Below are positions 1 through 10,381 of a DNA stretch of 64,000 nucleotides, in pieces (position 1 is the first letter of the stretch; the number at the start of each line of letters is the position of its first letter). The stretch lies in the NCBI GenBank assembly GCA_963790255.1, contig CAWBOA010000014.1:96843-160842 (forward strand), given 5' to 3'. Below the pieces are notes generated by a model that was not told the origin of the DNA, searched no databases, and saw only the letters and a list, made by a program, of their open reading frames with translations. The stretch comes from an uncultured Chloroflexia bacterium (lineage in GTDB: Bacteria > Chloroflexota > Limnocylindria > QHBO01). The position numbers and the translations under genes were made by a program.

Positions 1-90
1 GCCGACGAGGAAGACGAAGACGGTGAGGCCGATCGCCCAAGCTGGAAGTCCGGAGCGACGCGATTCGATCGGCGTGTGGACGGTCATCGG

Positions 91-1536
91 TCAGTGCCCC
101 GCCGGCGCCGCGGCGGCGCCGGGAAGCGCGAACTCGATCGGCTCCGCGGCGGTGTACATCACGAACATGTTGGCCAGCAGCGCCAGCCCGGCCACGGCAA
201 CCAGCCCGAAGCCCGCCAGGCCGCCGGCCCGGAAGATGAGGAGGGCCTGGTCGATCGCCTCGGGAGCCGCGGCCTGGCCCCGAAGTGAGCCCTCGGCGAT
301 GCCGCCGCCCATGAGCGCCAGGCCGGCGATCGCGGCACCGGCAAAGGCCAGCCACAGCTGGGCCGTCGCGAGCAGGCCGCCGCCCCAGGCCCGGCGCAGG
401 ATGCGCGGCAACGCGTGCTCGGCCATCGCGAAGGCCGCCAGCGTGAAGGCCCCGTAGGTGGCCCAGATCCACGCGCCGTTCTGCCACTCCGTCCCGCCGA
501 CGGCGGCGCGGACGCTGCGCAGCGAGCCGACCGCCTCCACCAGCGACGAGCCGAGCAGGAAGGCGAGCGCGACCGCCGAGAGCGCGATCGCACCGGCGCC
601 GAAGAGGAGCGTCCAGCGGCCCTGCATCGTCCCGGCCAGGTTTCCGACCGCCAGCGACGCCGGGACGATGAGCAGCATCGTCGCCACCGCGCCGGCGGTG
701 GTGACGAAGAACGGGATGCTCGGATCGGCCAGCACAGCCAGGGCCGAAACCGGCGCCAGCACGACCCAGGTGAGCCAGGTCAGGATGGCCACCCCAGCCG
801 ACGCAAGCGGCTGGCCTGTGGCCCGCGGGACGACGTAATGGAGCGTCGCGTACGCGGCGCCGAGCAGCCACAGCGCGGGGACGGCTCGCTCGATGTACGC
901 CGACGCCAGCGCGGTCGGCAGGTCGTCGAGGCCGAAGAAGAAGTCGAAGACGCCCATGCCCGCGCTCAGGCTGACCAGGCCGAGCAGCCCCAGGAGGGCG
1001 ACGCCGGCGAACCAGAGGCTGACGTAGCCGTTGAGCAGCGACCGGGCCGCGGTGGCGAGAAACACGGCGGTGACGATGAAGGCGCCGCCCGCAAGGCCGC
1101 CCTCGAAGAGCCAGTGCATCCCGCTCAGCGGCGCATTCGGTCCAGGATTGACGATGAAGATGAAGGCCACGCCGCCGAGCAGCGCCATGTTCCATGCGGG
1201 GACGCCGAGCATCAGGAGCGCCTCGGCCACCATCCGGCGGCCGGTCAGCCGCGGGGTCATGAAGGCGATGGCCGCGAAGCCGGCGTTGGAGAGCCAGCCA
1301 TAGACCGCGGCGTTGATGAACGCGACGTCGACCCGCCGGCCCTCGAACTCGAGGCCCATGTTGAAGAGGCCGAGCGGCATCGTGAACTCGAAGGGATAGA
1401 TGCGAAGGCCGATGGCAAGCAGCCCGAGCGCACCCGAGAGCGCCAGCCAGAGGGCCGCGGCAACGAAGAACCCGGTCGCGGCATTGTCGGGCGCGCTCGG
1501 GAATGAGGGTGCGCCGCCGCTTCGGCGGCTGGTCAT
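91..1536 (-). CDS. polytopic integral membrane protein (>=12 predicted TM helices), function unknown
   Basis: 481-aa ORF, uniformly hydrophobic with Gly/Ala/Leu-rich helices. A few conserved-looking His (HWLFEGG, LHYVVP, EHALPR) but not enough for a haem-copper oxidase call. Confidence 0.5.
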   Translation of the reverse strand: MTSRRSGGAPSFPSAPDNAATGFFVAAALWLALSGALGLLAIGLRIYPFEFTMPLGLFNMGLEFEGRRVDVAFINAAVYGWLSNAGFAAIAFMTPRLTGRRMVAEALLMLGVPAWNMALLGGVAFIFIVNPGPNAPLSGMHWLFEGGLAGGAFIVTAVFLATAARSLLNGYVSLWFAGVALLGLLGLVSLSAGMGVFDFFFGLDDLPTALASAYIERAVPALWLLGAAYATLHYVVPRATGQPLASAGVAILTWLTWVVLAPVSALAVLADPSIPFFVTTAGAVATMLLIVPASLAVGNLAGTMQGRWTLLFGAGAIALSAVALAFLLGSSLVEAVGSLRSVRAAVGGTEWQNGAWIWATYGAFTLAAFAMAEHALPRILRRAWGGGLLATAQLWLAFAGAAIAGLALMGGGIAEGSLRGQAAAPEAIDQALLIFRAGGLAGFGLVAVAGLALLANMFVMYTAAEPIEFALPGAAAAPAGH

Positions 1537-1694
1537 ACGGGCGCAGCTTCTTCGGGTTGACCGGGGGCTTCACCGTCATCGGGCGCGTCGACCCTTTCTG
1601 CGGGGCTCGCTCGGGCGGGGTAGGCCGCCGCATTGTACCGAACCGGACAGCACGAACGCCGCCTGGCGGGAGGCGGCGTTCGATCTGGAATGCG

Positions 1695-1769
<75 letters not shown>

Positions 1770-1801
1770 GCGGCCCATGCTAGTGGCATGACCCCAGGCG
1801 G

Positions 1802-2185
1802 TCAAACGGTTGGCGGGTCGATTGCCTCCACGTCCGACGGCCCGTGGAACAGGTTCAGGAAGAGGCACGGCTCGTCGCCGACCGGCGCGTGGTGCATCGG
1901 CTCGCCCGCGGCGTAGTGGCAATACGCCTGTGCGCCGATCTCCCGGCCGTTGACCGTCAGCCGACCGGAGATGACCACGATCGTGTGCGACGCCGTATGC
2001 CGATGCCACTTCGCGCGTGTGCCGGCGTCATACCGCACGAGGTAGTGCTCCTCGCCGGAGGCCGGGTCCTCGAACAGAAGCCGCAGGTGGATCGGTCTGT
2101 CGTAGATCGGGTTGTCGCGCGGCTCGAGCAGAACGCTGCCAAGGGCGTCATGGACGATCGGCCCAGCGCGCCGACCCCGCTCCAT
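1802..2185 (-). CDS. cupin-domain protein
   Basis: 127 aa with a small beta-barrel cupin-like pattern (HYLVRYDAG...WHRHTASHTIVVISGRL). Confidence 0.55.
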   Translation of the reverse strand: MERGRRAGPIVHDALGSVLLEPRDNPIYDRPIHLRLLFEDPASGEEHYLVRYDAGTRAKWHRHTASHTIVVISGRLTVNGREIGAQAYCHYAAGEPMHHAPVGDEPCLFLNLFHGPSDVEAIDPPTV

Positions 2186-2189
2186 CGGC

Positions 2190-2579
2190 TCAGCGGCGCC
2201 TGAGGATCGAGCGGAGCACCAGGAGGGCGACGATCGCGACGATCTGGCCGCCGATGATGACGCGGTTCAGGTCCAGCGCCGGCTGCCATGTCGCATTGCC
2301 ATCACGGATGACGTACATCCCGGCGGGCCTTGCCGTGAGGCCGAAGCCCCCGCCGGCGTTCCCCTGCTTGTCCCCGCCGCCTCCGCCGCCACCGCGCACC
2401 TTCGCGGCCGGAAGGAAGAGCACGCCGTCGCGCTCGATCGGCTCGCCAAACACCTGCTTCGGCTGCATCCCCTCGATCGTCCGGCGGATCACTTCCTCGA
2501 TCGTCTGGCTGCCGGTCGTCGGCGATCCATCGGGCCCGGGACCCGTCGCGGCTCGTGCGTCTTCGGTCATCGTCGTCAT
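2190..2579 (-). CDS. YtfJ/GerW-family protein with C-terminal TM helix
   Basis: 129 aa. FGEPIERDGVLFLPAAKVRGGGGGGG...GGGFGL...MYVIRDG matches the glycine-run architecture of B. subtilis YtfJ (GerW). The listed ORF 2190..3575 is an over-extended Ser/Arg-rich frame. Confidence 0.5.
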   Translation of the reverse strand: MTTMTEDARAATGPGPDGSPTTGSQTIEEVIRRTIEGMQPKQVFGEPIERDGVLFLPAAKVRGGGGGGGDKQGNAGGGFGLTARPAGMYVIRDGNATWQPALDLNRVIIGGQIVAIVALLVLRSILRRR

Positions 2580-2634
2580 CACGTCCTCCTCGGCTGGCTG
2601 CGGAGGACGATTATCCCCCGGATCGTCGGCTGGG

Positions 2635-3861
2635 TCAGGTCGGCCGATGGGCCCCGGGCGCCATCTCGACGGTCGCGTGGTGGATGCCATGCAGGTCGAG
2701 CAGGGCCAGGTACGGGTCGGGGTCGAACGCCTCCGGACCGAGGACGCCCGCGCCTGACCAGGCGCCGGTGGCAAGCAGCTCCATGGCGATAGTCGGGTTG
2801 AAGCCGGTCTGCCAGCCGACGACCTGGAGGCCGGTCGTGCGCCAGATCTCCTCCGCATCGGCCATCTGGTAGGCGAACGTCTCGCGCGGCTTGCCGTCCT
2901 TCGAACCGAGCACCCAGGTCCCCACGACGGCGCGTCCGCGGAACTTGTCCCCGAGAGTGATCGGGTCCGGCGTGATCGCCGCCAGGACGTCGCGCGGCGC
3001 GACCTCCACCCCCTTGACGGAGACGCGATCGGTGCGATCCATGCCGAGCGCGTGGATCGTCTTGAGCTTGTCGATGAAGTCGTCGCCGAGCGCGTACTTG
3101 AACGTCGCCGTGCGCGTCTCAACCCAGCGCGGGACGAGGAGCACCTCCTCGTGCTCGACGTTGACGCACTCGACGGGCCCGATCCCCTCCGGGAACGGGA
3201 AGGACTCGGCGCCGCTGAACGGCTCGGTCGTGTGCCAGGCACCGTCGGACCAGATGATCGGCGGGTTGAGGCACTCCTCGATGGTCGTCCAGATGCTGAA
3301 GACCGGGGCGAAGGCGAAGCCCGGGATCGCGAGGTCGCCGCCGTCGCGAATGTGGACCTCGTGCACCTCGTCGAAGTCGTGCTTCGCGGCGCGTGCGGCG
3401 AAGACGTCGGTGAGCCCGGGATCCATGCCCATCCCGACGAGCGCCAGCTTGCCGCGCGCCTGCCAGGCATCGGCCATGGCGAACTGCTCGTCGCCGAGCT
3501 TGAGGCCGGGCTCCTCGAACGGCCGATCGGGATGCGGCTTCGAGAGGCTGCAGGCCATGTCCATGTAATGGGCACCGGCCTCGAGGGCGCCGGTGAAGAT
3601 CGGCATCACGAACTGCGGGTCGACCGCGTTCATCACGAGGTCGGCGCGATGCGCCGTGGCCGCCTCGGTCACGCTGGCGGCGTCGCGCGCGTCGATCTGG
3701 ATGGCCGGGAAGCGCTCAGGGTCGCCCAGCCCATCGGCGAGGGTCCTGGCGCGGGCGATGTCGTAGTCGGCGAGGATCATCGCCTCGCACCAGTCGGCCT
3801 TGGACGAGATGCGGGCGATCGCCTCGCCGACGGTGCCGACGCCGATCAGAAGGACTCGCAT
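2635..3861 (-). CDS. saccharopine dehydrogenase-family NAD(P)-binding oxidoreductase
   Basis: Start MRVLLIGVGTVGEAIA (Rossmann GxGxxG) followed by a Sacchrp_dh-like C-terminal domain. The listed ORF is trimmed to the internal Met. Confidence 0.7.
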   Translation of the reverse strand: MRVLLIGVGTVGEAIARISSKADWCEAMILADYDIARARTLADGLGDPERFPAIQIDARDAASVTEAATAHRADLVMNAVDPQFVMPIFTGALEAGAHYMDMACSLSKPHPDRPFEEPGLKLGDEQFAMADAWQARGKLALVGMGMDPGLTDVFAARAAKHDFDEVHEVHIRDGGDLAIPGFAFAPVFSIWTTIEECLNPPIIWSDGAWHTTEPFSGAESFPFPEGIGPVECVNVEHEEVLLVPRWVETRTATFKYALGDDFIDKLKTIHALGMDRTDRVSVKGVEVAPRDVLAAITPDPITLGDKFRGRAVVGTWVLGSKDGKPRETFAYQMADAEEIWRTTGLQVVGWQTGFNPTIAMELLATGAWSGAGVLGPEAFDPDPYLALLDLHGIHHATVEMAPGAHRPT

Positions 3862-4004
3862 GGGTCTCCGGAGGAGCGGGTTTCTTGTGGGCACGCGGCT
3901 GCGGAAAGCAGGCCATGGTGCCGTTGACGCTACCGATTCGGTGGCCTGGGCACGGCCGTCCTACGGGCTCGGTGGCGACGCGCCCGATCATACAGCGGGC
4001 GCGC

Positions 4005-4949
4005 TCACTCCGGTCGACGTCGCGCGATCAGCCACCATCCGAGCGCCAGGGCGGCCCCGGCCAGGCCGACCAGCGCGGCGATCTCGCGCGCCATGATGCT
4101 CGGATAGCGGTCGGGAGGAACGGTCAGGTACAGCTGCGTCATCCCCGGCGGGACGCCATCGCCCTCGTTGAGATCCTCCGGCGTGAAGATTCGATAGGCC
4201 TCCTCGTACGTCATCAGCTCACCGGTGTCGTCATCGCGCAGGCGCGAGTCGTAGATCATCGCGATCGCGTCGAGCTCCCCGCCGGGCTCGATCCACACCG
4301 CCTCCGCCCGCATGAGCTGCGATCTCCCGTACTCGATCGCGCCGAAGACCGCGATGGCGACGAGGGCGGTCACGAGGATCGCGGGCAGCACGCGCCCGGT
4401 CACCAGCCCGACAGTCACCCCCATCCCGAACATCAGCGCGCCGCGCGCCGCAACGATCGGTCCCCGCGAGCCGCTGTCGGCAAACCCGAAAGGTCGATCG
4501 GCCACGGCCTGAAGCGCGTCGCTCACCTGGCCAACGAGCAGGAGGCTCGCGACGACGAGGAGGCCGATCGGAATCGCGCGTCCGGCCAGCCAGCGGCGGC
4601 GAGAGAGCGAGAGCGACCAGGCCATCGGCGCCGTGCGCTTCTCGATCTCGCGCGCGACGAGGGGCGCGCCGAGGAGCAAGCCGACGAGGAATGGGAGGAC
4701 GGTGCCGACCCCGACGAGGAGCGGCTCGAGGGTGGTCCAGAGGTTGCCCCAATCGATCAGCGAGCGGCAGGCGACGGGAAGCGGCTCGTCCCCTGCCTCG
4801 GCGTAGCACGCCTCGAGGGCCTCGGTGGTGACCGGGATCTGCCAAGCGACGAAGGCCATCGATGCCGCCAGCACGAGGCAGCCGCCAATCAGGATCGCCA
4901 GCTCCCACCTCTGCTGATGCCACAGCAGGCGCCATCCCGCGATAGTCAC
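4005..4949 (-). CDS. ABC-2 type transporter permease (paralog 3 of 3)
   Basis: 314 aa, 6-TM ABC-2 pattern. Stop/start overlaps the upstream paralog. Confidence 0.65.
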   Translation of the reverse strand: MTIAGWRLLWHQQRWELAILIGGCLVLAASMAFVAWQIPVTTEALEACYAEAGDEPLPVACRSLIDWGNLWTTLEPLLVGVGTVLPFLVGLLLGAPLVAREIEKRTAPMAWSLSLSRRRWLAGRAIPIGLLVVASLLLVGQVSDALQAVADRPFGFADSGSRGPIVAARGALMFGMGVTVGLVTGRVLPAILVTALVAIAVFGAIEYGRSQLMRAEAVWIEPGGELDAIAMIYDSRLRDDDTGELMTYEEAYRIFTPEDLNEGDGVPPGMTQLYLTVPPDRYPSIMAREIAALVGLAGAALALGWWLIARRRPE

Positions 4950-5878
4950 TCCGGTCGTCGGCGGCGGACGATGAGGGCAGCGGCGCCGCCGAGCACCGTC
5001 GCCACTGCCCCGAGCGCAGCCGACTCGCGGAGGACGACATCCGCATATCGGTCGGCCCCGATGCCGTAGAACACCGGCTGGGGCACGGTCGCAGGATCCG
5101 GCTCCTCGAAGCTGTTGGCCTCATACGCGGCTTCGATGAGCGCCTCGCCCTCCTCGTTCCCGATGATCGACCCGTCCGGCAGCCGGTACAGGACCTCCGT
5201 CGTCATTGGGTTCCCGCCCTCGAATGGGGTCAGCTCAACGGGAATCTCCTCTGGGGGGAGCCATCGGTCACGGACCGATGCGAAACCGATCGAGAGCGCG
5301 ACCGACAGGCCGATGCCGACCAGGAGGGCAGGCAGCAGGCGCCCGAAGAGCGCGCCGACGAGCACGCCGAGCACCAGCGCGGCAAACGCCCTCATGACCA
5401 GCGGCACGCCGCGCGCATCGAATTGCAGGAAGCCGAGGTCGGTCTTCGGGAGGTAGGCCTGGCCCATCTGCTCCGCCGCGAATGCCAGCAGCGCGGCGAG
5501 GACGATGCACACCGCGAGCGTGGGAGTGGCCCGCCAGGCAAGCCAGCGGAGCCGCGAGCCCGCCAGCGGCCAGGCCATCAGGGCGGTCCGATGCTCGACC
5601 TCCCGCGACACCAGGGGCACGCCGAGCACGAGCCCGAGGCCGTACGGGACGAGGCCGAACATCATCTGGAGAAGCAGGACGGCATTGCCGTGCGACTCCT
5701 GGAAGGGATAGATGAATTGGCATGCCTCGGCGGCGCTGGGCGTCCCACAGCCGACGAGATGCGAGCGCATGTCCAGCGCCAGCCACAGCGCCGCGGTCGA
5801 CATTCCGCCACAGACGACCAGGACGAACATGAGCTGCGCCCGCTCGAGACGCCAGGCGAGCCGCGCGGCGCCCATCAC
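4946..5878 (-). CDS. ABC-2 type transporter permease (paralog 2 of 3)
   Basis: 310 aa. Shares motifs with its neighbours (LVGxPLVAREIExRTAxxAWSLxxSR...RRRPE tail). Confidence 0.65.
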   Translation of the reverse strand: MMGAARLAWRLERAQLMFVLVVCGGMSTAALWLALDMRSHLVGCGTPSAAEACQFIYPFQESHGNAVLLLQMMFGLVPYGLGLVLGVPLVSREVEHRTALMAWPLAGSRLRWLAWRATPTLAVCIVLAALLAFAAEQMGQAYLPKTDLGFLQFDARGVPLVMRAFAALVLGVLVGALFGRLLPALLVGIGLSVALSIGFASVRDRWLPPEEIPVELTPFEGGNPMTTEVLYRLPDGSIIGNEEGEALIEAAYEANSFEEPDPATVPQPVFYGIGADRYADVVLRESAALGAVATVLGGAAALIVRRRRPE

Positions 5879-6900
5879 ACGGGCCGCCTCCTGACGACGA
5901 CGGCAGCCGCAGTGGCGAGGGCCGCGAGGCCGGCGGCCACCCAGAGGGCTCCGTCGCGGAGGGCCATCTCCGGATAGCGCTCGCCCGGGATCACGAGGCG
6001 AGCCTCTTCGCCGATGGAGCGACCCGCGGCCAGGTCGCTCGCCGAGGCATAGATGCGGCCCCGTTCGTCGCCGTACTGCTCCTCCAGCTCGCCGCGCTCG
6101 TTCAACTCGCTATAGGTGACGAACCGTCCATCGGTGCGCAGGATGCCGTAGTCCACGGCGCGAGCGCCGAAGTCGAAGGGGATCGGCCCCGTTTCGTCGT
6201 ACAGCCGCTGCACGGTCGCTTCACCGCGGTTCCACGCCTCCTGTCCGAGGCTCAGCCCGGCGAAGGCGAGACCGATGACGATCGCCGACACAAGCACCGC
6301 GGGCAGCACCCGGCCGATGAGCGCGCCGACCAGCACCCCGATCAGTAGCGCGCCCACTCCGCGAGCCACGACGGGCACGCCGCGCTGCCCGAAGAACAAG
6401 AAGTCCTCGGCCAGGTTCCGATCGGGCTGCATCGCAGCGGCCAGGAGCTCGCTGGCGGTGGCGACGATCGCCATGAGCGCCACGACGAACAGCGCAACGA
6501 AAGCGATTCGTCGAACGAGCCAACCGATGCGCGATCGACTCAGTGACCAGGCAAGCTGGGCAGTCCCGCCATCGATCTCCCGCGCGACCAACGGTCCCCC
6601 GAGGATCACTCCCATCCCGAACGGCGCCACCAGCGCGAAGGTCTGCAGCATCGAGGTGTACCCCTGGACGGAGTACCACTCCTCGAGGATCGCCTGGCAC
6701 GCAAGCGGCGGCCCCGAGACCGACTCGAACTGTGCCTGGAGGAACTCGAGGCAGTCCGGGTTTGCGGCACGCATGCCGTTCAGCGTGCTGACGAAGTAGA
6801 GCATCGCGGCGACAGCACCGGCCACGCCGATGACGACGAGGATGAGTTCCCAGCGCTGCTGTCGGTACGAGAGGCGCGCCCAGGTCAGCGCGCCGGTCAC
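5875..6900 (-). CDS. ABC-2 type transporter permease (paralog 1 of 3)
   Basis: 341 aa. Same family as the two downstream paralogs; the three genes are translationally coupled. Confidence 0.65.
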   Translation of the reverse strand: MTGALTWARLSYRQQRWELILVVIGVAGAVAAMLYFVSTLNGMRAANPDCLEFLQAQFESVSGPPLACQAILEEWYSVQGYTSMLQTFALVAPFGMGVILGGPLVAREIDGGTAQLAWSLSRSRIGWLVRRIAFVALFVVALMAIVATASELLAAAMQPDRNLAEDFLFFGQRGVPVVARGVGALLIGVLVGALIGRVLPAVLVSAIVIGLAFAGLSLGQEAWNRGEATVQRLYDETGPIPFDFGARAVDYGILRTDGRFVTYSELNERGELEEQYGDERGRIYASASDLAAGRSIGEEARLVIPGERYPEMALRDGALWVAAGLAALATAAAVVVRRRPV

Positions 6901-7737
6901 GCCGCGGCCGCCGGAGATCGCCCGGAGGCGAGGTAGCCGAGGACGACCTCGTCCAGGGTCGCCGGCCGCTCGGCGGTGCCACGCACGAGATACATGCGCG
7001 ACCCATCCGGCGCCCCAAAGCTTCCGACCGCGCCGGGGTGCTCCTTCGTCGAGATGGCATGCGCCGCCATCGCCGATGCCACGGTGTCGTGGAGCAGCAC
7101 GCGTCCGACGCCCAGGACGATGAGCCTGTCACAGGCCTGCTCGACGTCGGTGACGATGTGGCTCGAGAGCAGCGCAGTGGCCCCGTCGCTGCGGACCGCA
7201 TCGGTCAGGACGTGAAGGAACTCGCGGCGCGCCAGCGGGTCGAGCGACGCCAGCGGCTCGTCCAGCAGCAGGATCGGTGCGCGCGTTCCGAGCGCGATCG
7301 CCAGCGCGACTTGTGCCTGCTGTCCGCCGGAGAGGCTGCGTGCGCCGCGATCGGCCGGGATGTCGAGCTGCGCCAAGCGGTTGCGGGCGTAGTCGCGGTC
7401 GAAGCCTGGCCGCAGCTGCCGGGCAAGGTCGAGGTGATCCTCGACCGACAGGCCGTCGTACAGCGACGGTGACTGCGGGCACGTAGCCGAGCTTCGCCAG
7501 CGCGCCGGATCGGTCCTTCCACGGGTCGATCCCGTCGACCGCGACGGATCCGCGCGTTGGCCGCTCGAATCCGACCCAGGTCTTGATCAGCGTCGACTTG
7601 CCGGCCGCGTTCGGCCCGACCAGGGCGGTGATCCCGCCGGCCGGCAGCGCGAGGTCGATTCCCCCCAGGGCCCAGACCCCGCCGCGGTAGCGCTTCGCAA
7701 GACCTCGAGCCTCGAGGACCGGCTCGGTCGTGGTCAT
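6897..7737 (-). CDS. ABC transporter ATP-binding protein (interrupted by a 1-nt frameshift near 7455-7485)
   Basis: The N-terminal ORF (7129..7737) carries Walker A GPNAAGKST. The C-terminal ORF (6897..7376) carries the LSGGQQ signature, Walker B LLLDEP and H-loop. The two frames join at GYVPA / SPSLYDGLSVEDHL. Confidence 0.75.
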
Positions 7738-7829
7738 GCCCCTATCCCCATCAGGAGCGAGAGGAGCGCCACGACCAGCGCCAACCCGACGAACGGGAGC
7801 GCGATGGCGGATGCGCGAAGGGTCTGCAT
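7734..7829 (-). CDS. 31-aa hydrophobic small peptide ORF (MQTLRASAIALPFVGLALVVALLSLLMGIGA), stop overlaps the ABC ATPase start (ATGA)
   Basis: Not in the ORF track (<60 aa). Strong SD (aaggaggtgaacc) 6 nt upstream of ATG; single predicted TM helix; first position of the ABC-2 operon. Confidence 0.4.
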   Translation of the reverse strand: MQTLRASAIALPFVGLALVVALLSLLMGIGA

Positions 7830-7969
7830 CGGTTCACCTCCTTGCTGACCGATGCTCCGCGTCCGCGCGCCATGCCGCCATCCGGTGGGTTACCCACTCC
7901 GATTGCGTGATCTCCCGCATTGGTGCCGCCGATGGCCCTCTGCTACCGTCGAGCCGATGTCGGGTCACG

Positions 7970-10381
7970 GTGGCGAACGTCCTCGCGCTGCTCCTCGCGC
8001 TCGGCGCGGGGATCGCCGGCCTCGTGGTGTGGAAGCACGGAACCGTCAACATCGGCATGACGCTCGAGTACGGACGGAGAGGTCGTCACCGTCCTCGACG
8101 TGACGCCCGGCGGGATCGCCGACCGACGCGGCTTCGAGCCAGGCATGACGATCCTCGACCTCACCACCACCGACGGACGCGACGTCCCGCGCGGCGAGCC
8201 GATCGATGCGCTCCAGGGCGGGACGCTCGAGGAGCTGTACTGGTCCATCCCCATCCCGTACGCATGCGACCCGTTCGGCTCGTGTGGAGGGCCGCTCGAG
8301 CAACCGCCCGACGAGCTCCGCCTGCCCATCGAGGCCGTCGCATCGGAGCGTATCGAGTCGGCCATCGGCGGCTACTACGCCCCCGAGGAGGATTGGATCG
8401 AGGCGTCCGCCGCGATCAACCGCTCCTTCGCCGAGTTCGAACTCGGGCAGTCGATCTGGATCGGAGGGCTGGGACTCCTCTTCGCCATTCTCATCTGGAG
8501 ACTGCTCGTCCACGGCCTCGCCGGGCCGTTCGCGCGCCAGCATGCGCTCGCGGTGGCCGCCGCCGTCGCCGTCCCCGGTCTCATCCTGCCCGTCGTCCAG
8601 GTCGGAACGCCGGCTGGCGTCGGGGCCGGCTTCCTCGTGCCCGGAACCGCGGCAGTGATCCTCGGTGGGGCGCTCGCCCGGCACCATCCGGAGCCTGCCT
8701 GGGTGCAGACCGCCATAGCCGGCGCGCTCGTCGCGGCGGCGCTCGTCGCAGCAGTCGTCGTGCGCTATCTCAGTTCCCAGTTCCTCGGCGATGACGCCGG
8801 CACAATCCTCCTCCTGATCGGTGCCATCGGCGTCGCGCCAGCCGTCGTGGCGGCATCGGCAAGCGGGAGAGGCGTCCGGGAGCGCGCCAGCCTGTTGAGC
8901 CTTGGCCTGGTCCCGGTTGCGGCGGCGATGCTCGTGGTGCACGACCCGGCGACCGGCGGTCCGATCTGGCCAAGCATCCTGGTGGCGCTGCTGCTCGGCT
9001 GGTACGTCCTTCCGTTCGAACGAGCCCTCTCCTTCTTCGGCGCTGGGCTCTCGCGGGTACGATCGATCACGCCCGCGGACAGTCGCACCGTCACCATTCA
9101 CGAGCCCTTGGTGTCGGCCGCCTTCCGAGACGCGCTCACCGTCGTGCTCTTCGCCCTCGTCGTCCTGTTCGGGCTCACGAGCCAAAATTCCGAGCTCTAC
9201 GTTGTCACCGGGGTGATGTTCGCCGCCGCCGCCGGTCTCGCGATCCGCAATGGCTTCCTCGGGACCCACTGGGCCGACGCCGCGATCCCACTCGGCGTAT
9301 CGGTCGGGCTGCCGATCGCTGTCGCTGGCTACACGTCATGGTCGTACGGAGGCCAGATGGGCTGGGTGTCGACCGCCTTTGCCCTCACCGGCCTGAGCGT
9401 GGCGGACGTGCTCGCTGCCCGCCACAGCGACCCCGTCTGGCGCCGTCGCCTCCTGTTCTGGTCGATGGGTGTCGCCGGCGTCTCGCTCCTGCTCTGGAGC
9501 TTCTGGGGCAGTGGTGGAAACGAGCCGTGGGCATTCGTGCTCGCCTGCCTGGTGCCGCTCGTTCCAGGGCTTCCGGTGGCCTTCGCCGCCGATACAAACG
9601 AGCCCCGGGCGGTCTCCACGCGGCTCGAGGCCCTGGTCGTTGGGATGACGCTGGGGATATCGGCCTTCGTCCTCACGCCGCTCGCGTGGGTCCCGCTGGT
9701 GGCGTGGCTGATTGCCATCGTGGTCTGGCGCCGCTTCACCCTGGCGCCGCTCATGGGGCTCATGCAGCGCAGCCAGCTCCAGCGCGACCTCGCCGTGGCG
9801 GCGGCTGAGACCGAGCGGGCGCGCCTGGCGGCCGACCTCCACGACGACGCACTCCAGCAGCTGACGATGCTCGTCCGCACCCTGGACGAGGGCGGCCACA
9901 AGGCCGAGGCGGACGAGGCACGCGAGGTCGCCACCAAGCTGCGCAGCGTCGTCGGCGACCTGCGCCTGCCGATCCTCGACGACCTCGGCGCCGGGCGCGG
10001 CGCTGGAGTGGCTGGTCGAGCGGGTCGAGCCGCTGGCCGGTGGCCCCGTGAGGCTCGAGCGCTCCGACGAGACGCGGCCGCCCGCGAACGTCGAGCTGGC
10101 CGTCTTCCGCGTCGCCCAGGAGGCGCTGACGAACGCGATCAAGCACGGACGTCCGCCGATCGCCGTGCGCTATGACGTGCGCACCGACGGGCGCGTCACG
10201 CTGGCCATCGACGACGCCGGCGAGGGCATCGGTTCGGAGGCGGCCGAGGAGGCGCCGCGGCCAAGGCCACTTCGGCCTCGCCAACATGCACCAGCGAGCC
10301 GAGCAGATCGGTGCTCTCCTCGACGTGCGCCGATGGCCGGCCGGCGGCACTCGCGTCGCACTTGAGTGGCGCCCGCAGTGA
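7970..10381 (+). CDS. sensor histidine kinase, PDZ-like N-terminal domain + multi-TM + HisKA_3/HATPase_c (NarL-type); at least 3 frameshifts
   Basis: Pieces: TM anchor VANVLALLLALGAGIAGLVVW; PDZ-like GEVVTVLDVTPGGIADRRGFEPGMTILDL; about 10 TM helices; H-box RARLAADLHDDALQQL; N-box VELAVFRVAQEALTNAIKHG; G-box IDDAGEGIG...GHFGLANMHQRAEQIGALLDV. The frame changes near 8070, 9990 and 10250. The start is uncertain (GTG at 7970 proposed). Confidence 0.7.

Noticed and set aside
415-1506. 363-aa plus-strand ORF (Arg/Asp/Glu repeats)
   Set aside because: Antisense to the polytopic membrane protein; compositionally junk.
2190-3575. 461-aa Ser/Arg/Pro-rich ORF
   Set aside because: Only its last 129 codons (the GerW-like gene) are credible. 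The rest overlaps the saccharopine dehydrogenase gene in another frame.
6897-7376. Treating the split ABC ATPase and other split genes as pseudogenes
   Set aside because: The frameshifts are frequent, single-base, often in homopolymers, and affect essential respiratory genes. Sequencing or assembly error is more parsimonious, though unverified.
8046-9269. 407-aa minus-strand ORF
   Set aside because: Antisense to the histidine kinase membrane domain; acidic low-complexity sequence.
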